From contig NC_087436.1 of the NCBI RefSeq assembly GCF_036321535.1, positions 73,038,001 through 73,102,000 on the forward strand: 64,000 nucleotides of DNA, written 5' to 3'. How positions within the stretch are numbered: the first letter of the stretch is position 1; every line of letters begins with the position of its first letter. The position numbers and the translations under genes are program-made. The DNA comes from Camelus dromedarius (lineage: Eukaryota). The notes beneath the pieces were generated by a model. It saw only the letters and a list, made by a program, of their open reading frames with translations. It had not been told where the DNA came from and searched no databases. Of this stretch, positions 53,023 through 64,000 are shown in pieces.

Positions 53023-53914
53023 TTCCATACCCTGCTCTCACCCCCCAACACTCCAAATACGCACTTGGCTCTAAAGCTTCCCAGGTATAATGCCCCAGTG
53101 TTTCATGCCTTTGTTGCTTTGAACGTGTGGATCCCTCTGTTGGAGGTAATTGGTTCATTCTTTTTTATCTGGCTAATTCCAAATTGTCTAGCTCAAAAGA
53201 GATCCTCTCTGGGAACCCCCCACCCCCACCCCCACCCCGCCACCATCTCCACCGTTGAGTCTCATGCTGCATGGGCTTCCTTTGTCCCATTCACCTCCAA
53301 GTACTGGAATCGTCACATCCTCCGCCAGTGTCCTCCACTAGAAGGACAGAAAGCCCCTGGCGATACCTGACATGTAATAGTTGCTTTATAGACATTTTCT
53401 TGCTTAGTGGATTCTTCTGGGTCAGAAACTTTGGGGTGTGGCAGCAATATTGTGTTATTCCAAATCAAGAGAAACTAGGTTTAGAGGAGGAGAAGCCATG
53501 GGAATCTGTTAAACCATAGACTTCCTTCTAGTTACCTCGTGACTCTGAACTTGTTTACAAATAGGCAGGTGTTCCAGTGTGCAGGCCTTTTCTGTGTTGA
53601 ATGTCTGCCTGTACAATACTGGCAGATAATTTTTAAATATAAAATAAACAATTTGTAGCTGCCCCTTCAAAGTAAAGGTGATTATTTAGTGACAAAATTT
53701 TAAGTAATGGCTTTTTAAAAGAAACCCAGCCCATGGAAAAAGCACTTTGAAAATGAATGTTTGGAAATGTTTCCATCCTTGAGATTTTGGCAGAGAAAAG
53801 ACAGAACTGATGGGATTCTTGCATTATGATACTCATTCAGTCACTAACTTGCTGTGGTTAACTGTGGGCAAATAAATTCACCACTAGTGGTCACATTTTT
53901 CTTAGCTTCAAAAT

Positions 53915-54072
53915 TATGGTTCACAATGTTAATTTCTTAGTTTTGACTAATGTGCCCTGGTTATGTAAGCTGTTAACATCAAGGGGAGCTGGGTGAAGGA
54001 CTTATGGGAATTCTTTGTACTATTTTTGGAATTTTTCTATAAGTCTAAAATCATCTCAAAATAGAAAGTTTA
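53915..54072 (+). mobile_element. L1 (L1MC/MD-type) extreme 3' end, followed by an L2 relic to ~54465
   Basis: aatgttaatttcttagttttga...ggggagctgggtgaaggacttatgggaattctttgtactattt. Confidence 0.75.
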
Positions 54073-57000
54073 TTTTTTTAATTATAATTCAACAGCTACC
54101 ACACAGCTGTGTTTGCTTCTGCTGCAGTGCCTTTGCACATGCTGTTCTCCCCACCTTGTAGGGTCTGTCTCAGGCATCCACATGGCTCATCTGCATCTGC
54201 TTTATATGTCTGCTCAAATGACATCTTAGTGAAACGTTTCCTGATCAGCTCCCATATGGAGCTCCTCATTCCCCTTTCTTGCACTATTTTCCTCCATTGC
54301 ATTTATTACCATCTGCCATATTATTTTTCATGTCTTATTTGTGTCTGCCCTCACTAGAATGTAAGCTCCCTTAGAACAGAGATTTTGGTCTTTTAGTTCA
54401 CTGGAGTATTCCCCAAGCCCCAGAATAAGGCCTGATCAATGGCAATTTTTCAATGAATAAATGAAAGAAGCCAGGCAGGGAAATGACAATGAGGAAAAGA
54501 AAGTCACCATCAGAAACAAGGGAGACAGTGACAGCTGCTCCACACCAGCTTTACTAATGGATGGTAAGAGTCGAAGGCTTAATGACTAATGACTAACATG
54601 CTGCAAGTTTAGCTGTGTTTTACCAGCACCAAGCCATATCTTAGTCATCTTTATGTCTCTCCTTCTTAGCACATAATAAGCACTAGTGATTGAATGGCAA
54701 GACTCACTTGACTTTGGGAGGAGAAGCAATAAACAAAGGTGGAGACTCAACGGAGAACTTGGGTTGACCCTGACAAAGGGGAAGGCATTTTCTGAAATAT
54801 GTTGGTTTCACCATTAAAAAAGTAAAACACCTCATTCATTTTCAAAGACAGTTGAGTTCTATTAAGTACTTATGCTGTAACTATCTTAAAATAGGTACCA
54901 TTTCACAGTTGTGGGGAAGGCCTCAAACCGCAAATGTCACCACCACGTATACTGTTTGTCACCAACAAGGCATCACCAGTTGGAGCAGAGGCTAGTGGGG
55001 AGATTTGCTTTGTTAGAGCAAAGCCACTTGAGAAGAAAGCAATAAGGGAAGGGCTTCACATCAGTCATTGCCTATTTTATCCCCTCGGGTTCTGCTTTGA
55101 GCTAACTAAGCTGTACGACACAGCAGAACATCGTTGACAGTCAGCACAGTGCCATTGATCTACAGGGACTGTGAGCCTATGCTGAGTGCTTTAAAGCCAT
55201 GTCATCGCATGGGAGAAACTTAGCTATAATTCTCTTTCTCCTTCCTATCTTTAAGATGAAAATGGTGGCTTTGGCCCTTTCTGTTCTTTAAGACAGTATT
55301 TTCACTTTGCCACAGTTATAGTTCACCATGAATTGCCACAGTCCATACTAATCCCTGCTGGTATTGACCAAGTATATTCAGTGTATTTACTCTGTGTACT
55401 GTTTTTTATGCTACTAGATGTAAGCAGTTGTCATCAAGTATTTTTTTTAAATACCATTGCATTAACAACAACCTATCAGACACTCAGAAAATTAGAAGCA
55501 AAGTAAGACATAGTCTACCCAGGAGGTTTACCATCTAAGGGATCCAAAACACAGCAAATGGAAAACTTAGCTATGCTAGATGGCGCCAGTCTTTGTGAAG
55601 AAACTGAGTAAACAAAACTGCTTTGACCTGATGATGATGTCATTTGCACACATTGCTATTCGGATTGAAATTAGATGAAGCAGCATTGCAGGACCAAGCC
55701 AGCAGACCTCAGTTTTAGTACCAGCGCTACCATTAAATCACAGTGACAGTCTTCCAGCTCCTTTGAGCCAAACTCCATCTTCCTAATCTTTAGAATAGTT
55801 TTTTTCACCTCTTTAGACTCTGCAAATACCAATCTGAAAAACTCCCCCATATTCATCTAAAACATTCCATGATTTAAGAAGTTCTGATCTAGAGAGACAG
55901 TTTAAAGTGATCATTAATCATTCTCTCTTTACCCCCCCCCCCCAACACACACACACAAAGTGTGTCTGTCTTGCTCTTTCTAGAGTATTGCAGGATTTAC
56001 CCAACCTGGCTTGAATCCCAGCACACCCCATTCTTCTTGTTGAGGCTTGTTAATCTATTAAAACAAGGCCTATGGGTTCAGTACCTTCCCCAGTTTAGTT
56101 TATCTATAGCTCTTGCTTTGTTTTCTTCATTTATTAGTATTTTGCTCAGCTCGCTCTTCATTCAAATGAGAAGGCAAAGAAAACCAAAAGTTCCATCTTC
56201 TTCCTTCGTCTTACGAGTGCTTGTGTAGTGCACACTACATCTCTTATAATTCAGCAGATCCAGGTACAGCCCTGATCAAATAGTCTTGCCCACAATAACC
56301 ATAAGCAGTAAAACCTGATGACTGGAAGATTTTTAATCCTCTAACCCCACTCTGGCATGATAATCATTTTTTTTAAATTATACTCACTTCTCACTGAGTA
56401 GCCTTCTTTGTTATTTGCAAATCTGCCATGTGCTTGTGTAAGTTTCATTCTAATAAAAATTAAAAAGCAATGTTGGCCAACATTTGTTGTGCATTCACTA
56501 TGTGCCAGGTCTTTTATATGCATTACCTCATTTAATCCATCCAACAATCCTAAAGCAATTTTTTGTTCATTTGTCTTATAGATGAAAAAGCAGGGGGTTT
56601 AAAGTATATTCAAGGACATATATCTATAGGCCCAACTGACATTTTGTGGGAATAAAATTATATGATAGATATAAAAACACTGTGAGAAGTTAAATTACCA
56701 CACCAAGGTGACGCAGGAGTGTCCTATCAACACAGGAACACATTTATTAGCCTGGCCAGGCTCGCCACAGTAAGTCACGCTGAAATTGAGGCTGAGCTCC
56801 AGTCTTGTAATCCCTAGGTTTTTACTTGTTTATTCTATAGCTTCCATTTCTCAACCTTCCTGTTAAAGGATTTGATTGGAATTAGAGGTTTTAAGAGTAG
56901 AAGGAGTGTTGGCAGTGAATGGGCAGTGACTCATTTACCAGAACTGGCCTCCACTATTCCTGTTGATCAGAAGATCAGTGGTGTGTTATTTGTGACCTCG

Positions 57001-57619
57001 TTCCTCCTCATACCCACAGAAATGGATGTGGGTCTTTAGGGAAAACAGACTATATTGTGGGACATCCTCAAGTTCCCAGGTGTATAGACTGGGTCCACTG
57101 AGCCAGTCTTCAGGACAGAAATCAGAAATTTGAAGGCTAAAAGTCTAAAGCCAGCACATCAAAGGTCTAACACTTTTCAACAGATCATCTTTTTTCAGAT
57201 ACCTAACAGATGTAAATACACTTCAGAAGAGTGACAGTAATTACTTTAGCAACAGACAGAACTATATAGCAAAAAAAAAAAAAAAGAAAGAAATTGAAGA
57301 GAATATCTAACAAATGCTTTTTGTGCCTCTCAACTTGTGTTTTCATCTTGTTGAATTTTCATATGTAGGTAAGAAAACATTAGGGGAAGTGGGTATGTTT
57401 ATATCTGTCCTGTATATAGCATACCTGACTCCCTGTGACAAGGTGTAGAAATTCACTAGCCAGCGTGAACCTCAGAGGCACCAGGTGCTCGTTCTATGCT
57501 GTTCTCCTAATCCTGTCATGAGTTTTAAGCTTAAAATGACCCTAATCCCTTCCAGAAGGCTCCCATCTCATGAAAAGATTGGCTTTTCAGGATTTTTTTT
57601 TCCCCATTACTGTCTTTTT

Positions 57620-58700
57620 GCAGAAACATTTATTGAGGACTTACTACGTGCCAGATCTTCTTCTAGGTGCTAGAGACAGAGCTAAGAACAAACACAGCAG
57701 GCAAATAATCCACACATTCCATCTAGTTAGGGGAGAGAAGCAATAACAAAATAAATAAGTAAATAATATAGTGTGTTAGAAGGTGGTGTGTACTATGTGA
57801 GAAATTAGGCAGGAAGTGCTTTGGGGTGGGAGTTCAAGTTTAAATAGAGTTCTTAAGGAAGGCCTCACTGAGAAGGTGACATCTGTGGAGACTTGAGGGA
57901 GAGGAGGGGATGAGCTCTGTGGAGAGCTGGAGGACAATTGTCCCAAACTGAGGGAACAGTAAGTGCAAAGGCCCTAGGGCAAGAGTGTGTCAGGCATGAG
58001 GGGAAAGAGTAGGAGGCCAGTGTGGTTGGATCCAAGAGAGCAAGAAGCACTGGATTAGTAGCCGATGTGCTCAGAAAGTAACAGGGGTCAGACTGGATAA
58101 AAAAGCTGTGGTATATTTATACAATGGAATACTATTCAGCCATAAAAACCAACAACATAACGCCATTTGCAGCAACGTGGATGTCCCTGGAGTACGTCAT
58201 TCTAAGTGAAGTAAGCCAGAAAGAGAAAGAAAAATACCATATGAGATCACTCATATGCAGAATCTTAAATAAATAAATAAATAAATACAAAACAGAAACA
58301 GACTCACAGACATAGATTACAAACTTGTGGTTGCCAAGGCGGAGGGGGGTGGGAAGGGACAGACTAGGAGTTCAAAATGTAGAATAGATAAACAAGATTA
58401 TGCTGTATAGCACAGGGAAATATATATAGGATCTTGTGGTGGCTCACAGTGAAAAAAAAATGTGACAATGAATATATATATGTTCATGTATAACTGAAAA
58501 ATTGTGCTCTACACTGGAATTTGACACAACATTGTAAAATGACTTTAACTCAATAAAAAAAAGTTAAAAAAAAGAAAGTAACAGGGGTCACATCCTATAG
58601 GGCTTTGGAAACCATCCTAGTGACTGTGGTTTTACTCTGTGTGAGATGAGGAACTACTCAAGGGTTTTGAACAAAAGAGTAACAATCTGACTTCACTTTC
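57620..58700 (-). mobile_element. L2 LINE relic, interrupted by a young L1
   Basis: aacatttattgaggacttactacgtgccag...ggaaggcctcactgagaaggtgacat...aagtgcaaaggccctagg; resumes after 58590. Confidence 0.85.
58091..58572 (+). mobile_element. Young 5'-truncated L1 3' end with a perfect 18-bp TSD
   Basis: TSD agaaagtaacaggggtca at 58073-58090 and 58573-58590; body tggataaaaaagctgtggtatatttatacaatggaatactattcagccataaaaa...; caataaa plus A tail. Confidence 0.95.
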
Positions 58701-59426
58701 TTATAGAAATAATAATTAATTCTGGAACAGGTTCCGCAAATGACCCAGCAAAGCCTCATAAAGCCGTATTGCCATTGAGCTAAGGCACTAACCAGACTCG
58801 GGGAAGCTGAGCTCCGAGCACTGAATTCAGTTCCCAGAAGTGAGGGTTCAACTCATAGCTCAGCTGGGCAAACTTTGGGCATGTCAGTCAGCATCCCTGA
58901 GCCCTATTTTTCTCATTGGAGAAATCAAAATAAACAGTACCTGGCCCATGGCTCTATTCTGAGGATCCAGCAAACACGGAATATAGAAGAACTTTGCAGA
59001 TTGTAAAACATTGTACAGAGGTCAGGAGAGGTGGTGTGAGCAACAGCCATTCTGGTTGTGTTATTATCATTTCAGGGAAAATCAAGCCCAGGACCTAAGC
59101 CAAAATGCCAGGAATGCAGCCTTCTCTTTCCCATTACTTCTTATTAAATAGCCATGGAAACGAAGCCTCTTCCTGCTCCAGCGCTGGAGGTCAGTGAGAG
59201 ACAAGGACCCCGCTGATCTCACCAGAAGGCACCAGTCAGGCTCCCAGAGGCTCAGTCGTAACTCAGGGCGTTTGCAGCCTGGGGCCTCCACGCTCAGTGG
59301 GGCTGCTGCCCAGAGGTTGTCCTAGTGAAGAACTGTGTCCCCTCTTGCGGGCCCCAGGGCACGAGGCTGCCCACAGATGGGCACCTTCTCCAAATAACCA
59401 CAACCCTGTCTTCTCCCCCCACCCAG

Positions 59427-59511
59427 GCACTCCTCCTACGGAAGGCTCTTGGATGATCACGACTACGGGTCCTGGGGAAACTACAACAACCCTCTGTACG
59501 ACGACTCCTAA
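59427..59511 (+). CDS. PARM1: PARM1 coding part of terminal exon 4: cytoplasmic tail and stop
   Basis: Acceptor ttctcccccacccAG|G at 59426/59427. Translates (R)[30 protein letters not shown] (stop 59509-59511), with YGRL (YxxPhi) and NPLY (NPxY) sorting motifs. Confidence 0.97.
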
Positions 59512-59691
59512 CAAAGGAACGTGGCATGGGATAAGGAGCAACTGTCTTTATTTATCAGTGCTTATCCTGTAGAATTAATTACAAGAACCTGATGCTCACT
59601 GAGCAACAATCTTCAGCCTTGTTGTGTTGGTTTGGTTGTTTTGTTTTCCTCCCTCTCCTCTGGCTGCTACAACTTCCCCTTTCTGGTACCC

Positions 59692-59718
59692 AAAAAAAAA
59701 AAAAAAAAAAAAAAAAAA
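59692..59718 (+). repeat. Genomic A27 tract in the proximal 3' UTR
   Basis: Direct observation. Confidence 0.95.
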
Positions 59719-60747
59719 TTAAAAGTGAGTGGAGGCTGATTTGCAACTGACATGGGCCAAACTTGAGCCCTCCAGGCTGGACACCACCACGATGGAGGTG
59801 TCTGTACCCAGGACAGGACCCACGGCAAGAAGAACTGAGAAGAGGGGTCAAGCTGTGTCATCAGAGGTTACTTTTAGGGGAACTTGCCGCTTGTGGTATT
59901 TCACAAACTTTTCTTTGGGAAATTACATTAAATCTCAATGAGGGGAAAGGAAATGAGTGCTGGGAGGAGTTCGCCCTGCAGGTGAGGAGGCAGGATTCCT
60001 TTTTAATCTCTATTTATCTGGTTGTGTCTGACAGGATGCCTGTTCAGCTCTGCAAGCTGGATCCGAGCTTCTGAGCTGCCTAATTAAGGAAGGAGGAAAA
60101 TCGAGGTGCCCAAGGGAGTCAGAGTAGCAGGCTGCTGTCAGATTTCAGTGTGCCCTCGACACGTCCTCCCCTCCAGGGCACCTGTCTCTGCTAAGGATGC
60201 CCATTCTGGTCAATTGCAGCTGAGATCCTAGTCCACAAGCTTTTAGGGGAGTTGTGGTTCCACAGGAGAAGGCTGTGAGATGAGTTTAGTTATAGAAAAG
60301 AAAGAGAGAGTTGTGTAGAGTGAGTGTAGTGGGGGGCGTGGAGGAGGGTGGGAGGGAAGGGAGGGCCCCATATGCACTGAGTACCTCATTCTGGGAAGTG
60401 GGACTCAGCCCTCAATACCCAGAGGGGACATGCACTGCTTGGAGGAGCCTGTAGAATCCTTGCTTTCGACCCACAGAGCAACTGGTTCACTGCCTTACTG
60501 TCTATTGGATAACGGCTGTAAACTATTTTTTAAAGAAATTTTTTAAAGGCACTAGTCTACCTGCAATTGCTCAGTGAGGCATTTCCATAGGAAACAGACA
60601 TGGGGATTAATCCATTTATTCTTCCTGTAACCCTGCCTTACTAATTGTGCCCTTTAACAAGTGAACACCCCTGGGTACAGAGACATAAAATCCTGCATCA
60701 CAAATTTTGAAAAAGAACTGATCATCTTTGTGGGCATCCATTTATGG

Positions 60748-60938
60748 CTGTGGTTTTCCAGCAGCAGAGAGGACATTTGAAAGTTTCTGGTGATATTTTT
60801 GGGTGTCACAACTGAGGGGTGCTAGTAGTGAGTGAAGGCCATGGATGTGCTAAACATCCCATGAGGTACAGGATGGCCCATCACAACTAAGAATTATCTG
60901 GCCTGAAATGTCAATAGTGCTGAGTTTGAGGAACCCTG
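60748..60938. mobile_element. MER20-like hAT element in the 3' UTR
   Basis: ctgtggttttcca...ggacatttg...gtgtcacaactg...gctaaacatcc...aagaattatctggcctgaaatgtcaatagtgctgag...aaccctg; 8-bp flanks atttatgg / atttattt. Confidence 0.8.
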
Positions 60939-62186
60939 ATTTATTTCAATGCCCGTTGTGACAAAACCAGACCCTCCCAGGTTAGTGAGTTTATTTTTAA
61001 CTAAATGAAATAATTGGTTGATTATTGGTTATATCTGAAAAGTGTTTCATTTGTTGGCTGATGGGTTGTTTTTGCTATGCATGCTTGCCTTTTGATTTCT
61101 ATGTATTTTCTAGATAGCTTTATTTCATGGCTATAACTCTGTCCTCTTGTAACACAGAACATTAGTAACTCGCATCTTCTGTCCTGATTTCATGGAGTAG
61201 AAAATCATACATTGGCGTCTGTTTCCAAATGTGTTATATGGTCCCACGATATCATAAAGAACTTAAAGTTGCATTTTTATTTTATTTCTAAACTTGGCCC
61301 TGTTGCTATGACTCTGTTTAGTTTCCAGAAACTTGACCTTCAACTCCTCCTGTCACTCACTGTGGCTCAGTAAAGGACTGACATGAAAACGGCCGCTGCC
61401 ATGCTGTTCTAAACCTTTCTGGTGTCAGAGACACCAGGACCGATGCCACTTTCCACAACCTGCCACTCCCACACTCTGAAGGAAATTATTCCTAAACTCC
61501 TTAGGTACCAAAGGGGAATGAGCAATCCCCAGAGTTGTTTTACAGCAGGAGTGAAGACCGAGAAGTAGGCTTCCAGGAATTCTCATATCTGTGATTATCT
61601 TTTTTTAAAAAAGGATATTGTCAGAAAAATGGCCAGGAATGACCAAGGGTGCCCCTTCTGACCATGCTTGGCCTGAATAATTGGCCCCCTTCCCTACCTT
61701 CACCCCCTTTATAAGCTTTAGGTTTGGCAAAGGACAATTCAAGAAAAACAGGACATTCCATATATTTTTTCTCCCTTGGTCACAAACATGTTGACAAAAT
61801 GTCCATGAGACACTTTTGCAGAGGTGAGACCTGGATGTTGCTCTGGTCATAAGTACTGTGTCAGAGGGACCAGCCTCTCCCCAGGGAATTCTGACCGATT
61901 ATAAATCATAGACTTAGCAAACATCTTCCTTATCAAAGGCTCCTGTTGTACAAGAGTCCTTGATGGACTGGTCATTCTTATTAACTTCCAGGTCCCTATG
62001 GTGAAGAAAGGGACTTGACCTACAGCAGATGCATTCAGCCAGGTGACAGTTTCCCATAAAAACCCTTAACACTCCTTGTTATGTTAGTATCAAGTATCAA
62101 TGGGTTGAACCTTATTTTGCCAAGTGCATTTTTTCCTGTTCTTGAGTTGGCCAAGAAATTTAACTGCATTCAAGAAATATTGCTTA

Positions 62187-62221
62187 ACACACACACACAC
62201 ACACACACATGCACACACACA
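62187..62221. repeat. (AC)n microsatellite (interrupted) in the 3' UTR
   Basis: Direct observation. Confidence 0.95.
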
Positions 62222-63318
62222 TCTGAAATGTATGCTAATAACTGACGTCCTTTACCTCAAGGAGCAAGTCTGTTCAAGTCTACCCAAGGGAAACGGCTCC
62301 AGGGGATTGAAAACAACCAGACACCATCCAGGGACAGGATTAGTCCTAAAGTGTCAGAGAGAATGTCAGAGCAGGAAGGAGGCCAGCAGCCTCTTCTCGA
62401 CCATGGATTGCAAATGTTGACAGAGTGGGGCTCAACTTTGTTTACTTTCACCATGGCCCCGACAAAGTCTCCTGCCCTCCCTGGATGTCTGTGTCTTCAT
62501 TTCTTAGGCAGGCGTGATGCTGTCATGTTGACCTCACCCCCTGCTACCTCACAAATAGGTTGTGAGGATTCATGAAATCATGTCTACTGCGTTTTCAGTT
62601 TCTGGAGAAAAATATTTATAGACATCTTAAGTATTACACAGGTGTATGAGTGATCTCAGTTTCTTGTTTGTTGTTATACTGGTGTGTCGTTTTTACTTAA
62701 ATCTATAGAACGACAGCTGTATAGTAGCCCATCAGACAGCTGTTCCAGCTCCGGGCTACCCCCAGTGCCACTGGCTGACCTCCTGGGACCACAGAGGATG
62801 GTTTCCATCCTTGAGTGAAAGGATGGCCCAGGACACAGGTCTCACAGACTATTGAGTTAGGGTAATACATGGACACCTGAGCACTAAGAGCAGTAAACTG
62901 GCCTTGACCACCCCAAAGTCTTCTGAGTTCTTTGTGGAGTTGATTTTGGTTTGATGTCATCTGTTTGCCCTTCATCTTGCTTGCAAGGGTGCATGGTTCA
63001 ATCCCTCGCATCTGGGAAACGAATTTTGCAACTGGGCCGGATGCTGATTTGTACGTTGATTCACCTTCTTTGCCTTTTACCTCTTTTTTGGCAAATGAAT
63101 GTACCATTTCAACTTTGATTTTAAAGTGCTAGTTGATTTTGGTAATAGCGCTAACTATGAGACCAATGCTAACCAAGAGACCAATGACAGATTGCTTTCT
63201 TGGAGTGAGTTAGCCAACCTCATTTAAAGATGGAAAGACGTGCAACTCCTTTGATATTTGCTGTCACTGTATCTACATTTGTTGTAAGACATGTTGCATA
63301 CTAATTATGATTATATCA

Positions 63319-63324
63319 ATTAAA
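63319..63324 (+). terminator. Probable polyadenylation signal (ATTAAA variant)
   Basis: tatcaATTAAAgttttt; TGTA motifs at ~63268 and ~63283; attttgatatgttttgttatt at 63361-63381. An alternative AATAAA lies at 63462-63467. Confidence 0.6.
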
Positions 63325-64000
63325 GTTTTTAAAAGCTTGCGTCTGACACTGGTGATTCACATTTTGATATGTTTTGTTATTCAAGCCATTCACTGGATAT
63401 CCTCAGTACTGCTCATATTAAGTAGACCTGGCTTGTTCTTAGAGCTAATTTATCCCACATCAATAAATAATATTTTCTGCAGAGTGGGATGCCCCCTCTG
63501 ATCTTGAAACAGAACTGAAGGATGTCAGAAATGAAGAAACTTCCCAAGCAGTGATTTTACTCTTAACTATACACCATGCCTTATAAAATAGTTGTAAAAG
63601 TAAACACTTTGGTTCAATTAATAGGTAGCGATACATAATCAAGTCTTATTGAGGCCATAATGGTACATTTGATACTTGCTTTGTTCGCCTTCAAAAAAGT
63701 CAGCCTACTCATCCTCTCTGGCAGTTAAATAGCCAGCAATTTCAATCATCCAGAATATAATTTCACCCCTCCAGAAGCCAACCAAAGACTATTCTGATTC
63801 TGAAGAAAACAGCAACAACAAAGCCTATGCATCTTGCAACACAGGAGAGGGGTGGATCCACCTGCAAACTAGAGCAAGCTGGTTTGAGGATGGATTTAAA
63901 CATGAGGTCAGATTCAGTAAGTTTCGGTACCTGGCTTCCAGCGGCACAACATGGAGGCTTGAATGGATGGAGTAAGGTAGACAAAGAGGACCAAACATGA

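Larger units (their letters stand above)
59512..63345 (+). other. PARM1: PARM1 3' UTR (~3.8 kb; end approximate)
   Basis: Follows the stop codon and is repeat-poor relative to the introns. Ends at ATTAAA (63319-63324) with upstream TGTA elements and a downstream T/GT-rich tract. The length is consistent with the long PARM1 mRNA I recall. Confidence 0.7.

Noticed and set aside
55573..55590. CTCF site (tgctagatggcgcc)
   Set aside because: The 3' core matches but the highly conserved 5' CC is missing; the same applies to gccgggggcgcc near 11032.
1..64000. A novel multi-gene, viral or horizontally acquired system
   Set aside because: Everything I could read is explained by PARM1 exons, its UTR, common mammalian repeats and unremarkable intronic sequence. 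I saw no long intact foreign ORFs, RNA genes or compositional islands other than the small CpG patches reported.

Overview
Mammalian genomic DNA, most likely a camelid: a tRNA-derived SINE resembling the tylopod vic-1 family lies at ~701-863 (species call is inference). The window holds the 3' part of one protein-coding gene on the + strand, PARM1 (prostate androgen-regulated mucin-like protein 1). Exon 2 (24978-25679) encodes the mucin-like ectodomain, exon 3 (47891-47969) the transmembrane helix, and exon 4 (59427-59511 coding) the cytoplasmic tail, followed by a ~3.8 kb 3' UTR ending near 63345. I did not find exon 1 (start codon and most of the signal peptide); it presumably lies upstream, so 1-24977 is intron 1. 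The rest is ordinary intronic DNA with L1, L2, MIR, MaLR LTR and hAT relics and microsatellites. Almost all ORFs in the supplied track are spurious. I see no evidence for a new multi-gene system. The best leads are gene-level hypotheses: an NMD-immune, TM-less isoform from exon 3 skipping with an open Thr-rich alternative frame; inverted L1 pairs around exons 2 and 3; a CCAAT/ETS/TALE motif array plus TATA just upstream of exon 2; an intronic CpG island; and a canonical G-quadruplex in the 3' UTR. Repeat family names are from recognition, not database search, and repeat boundaries are approximate unless TSDs are given.
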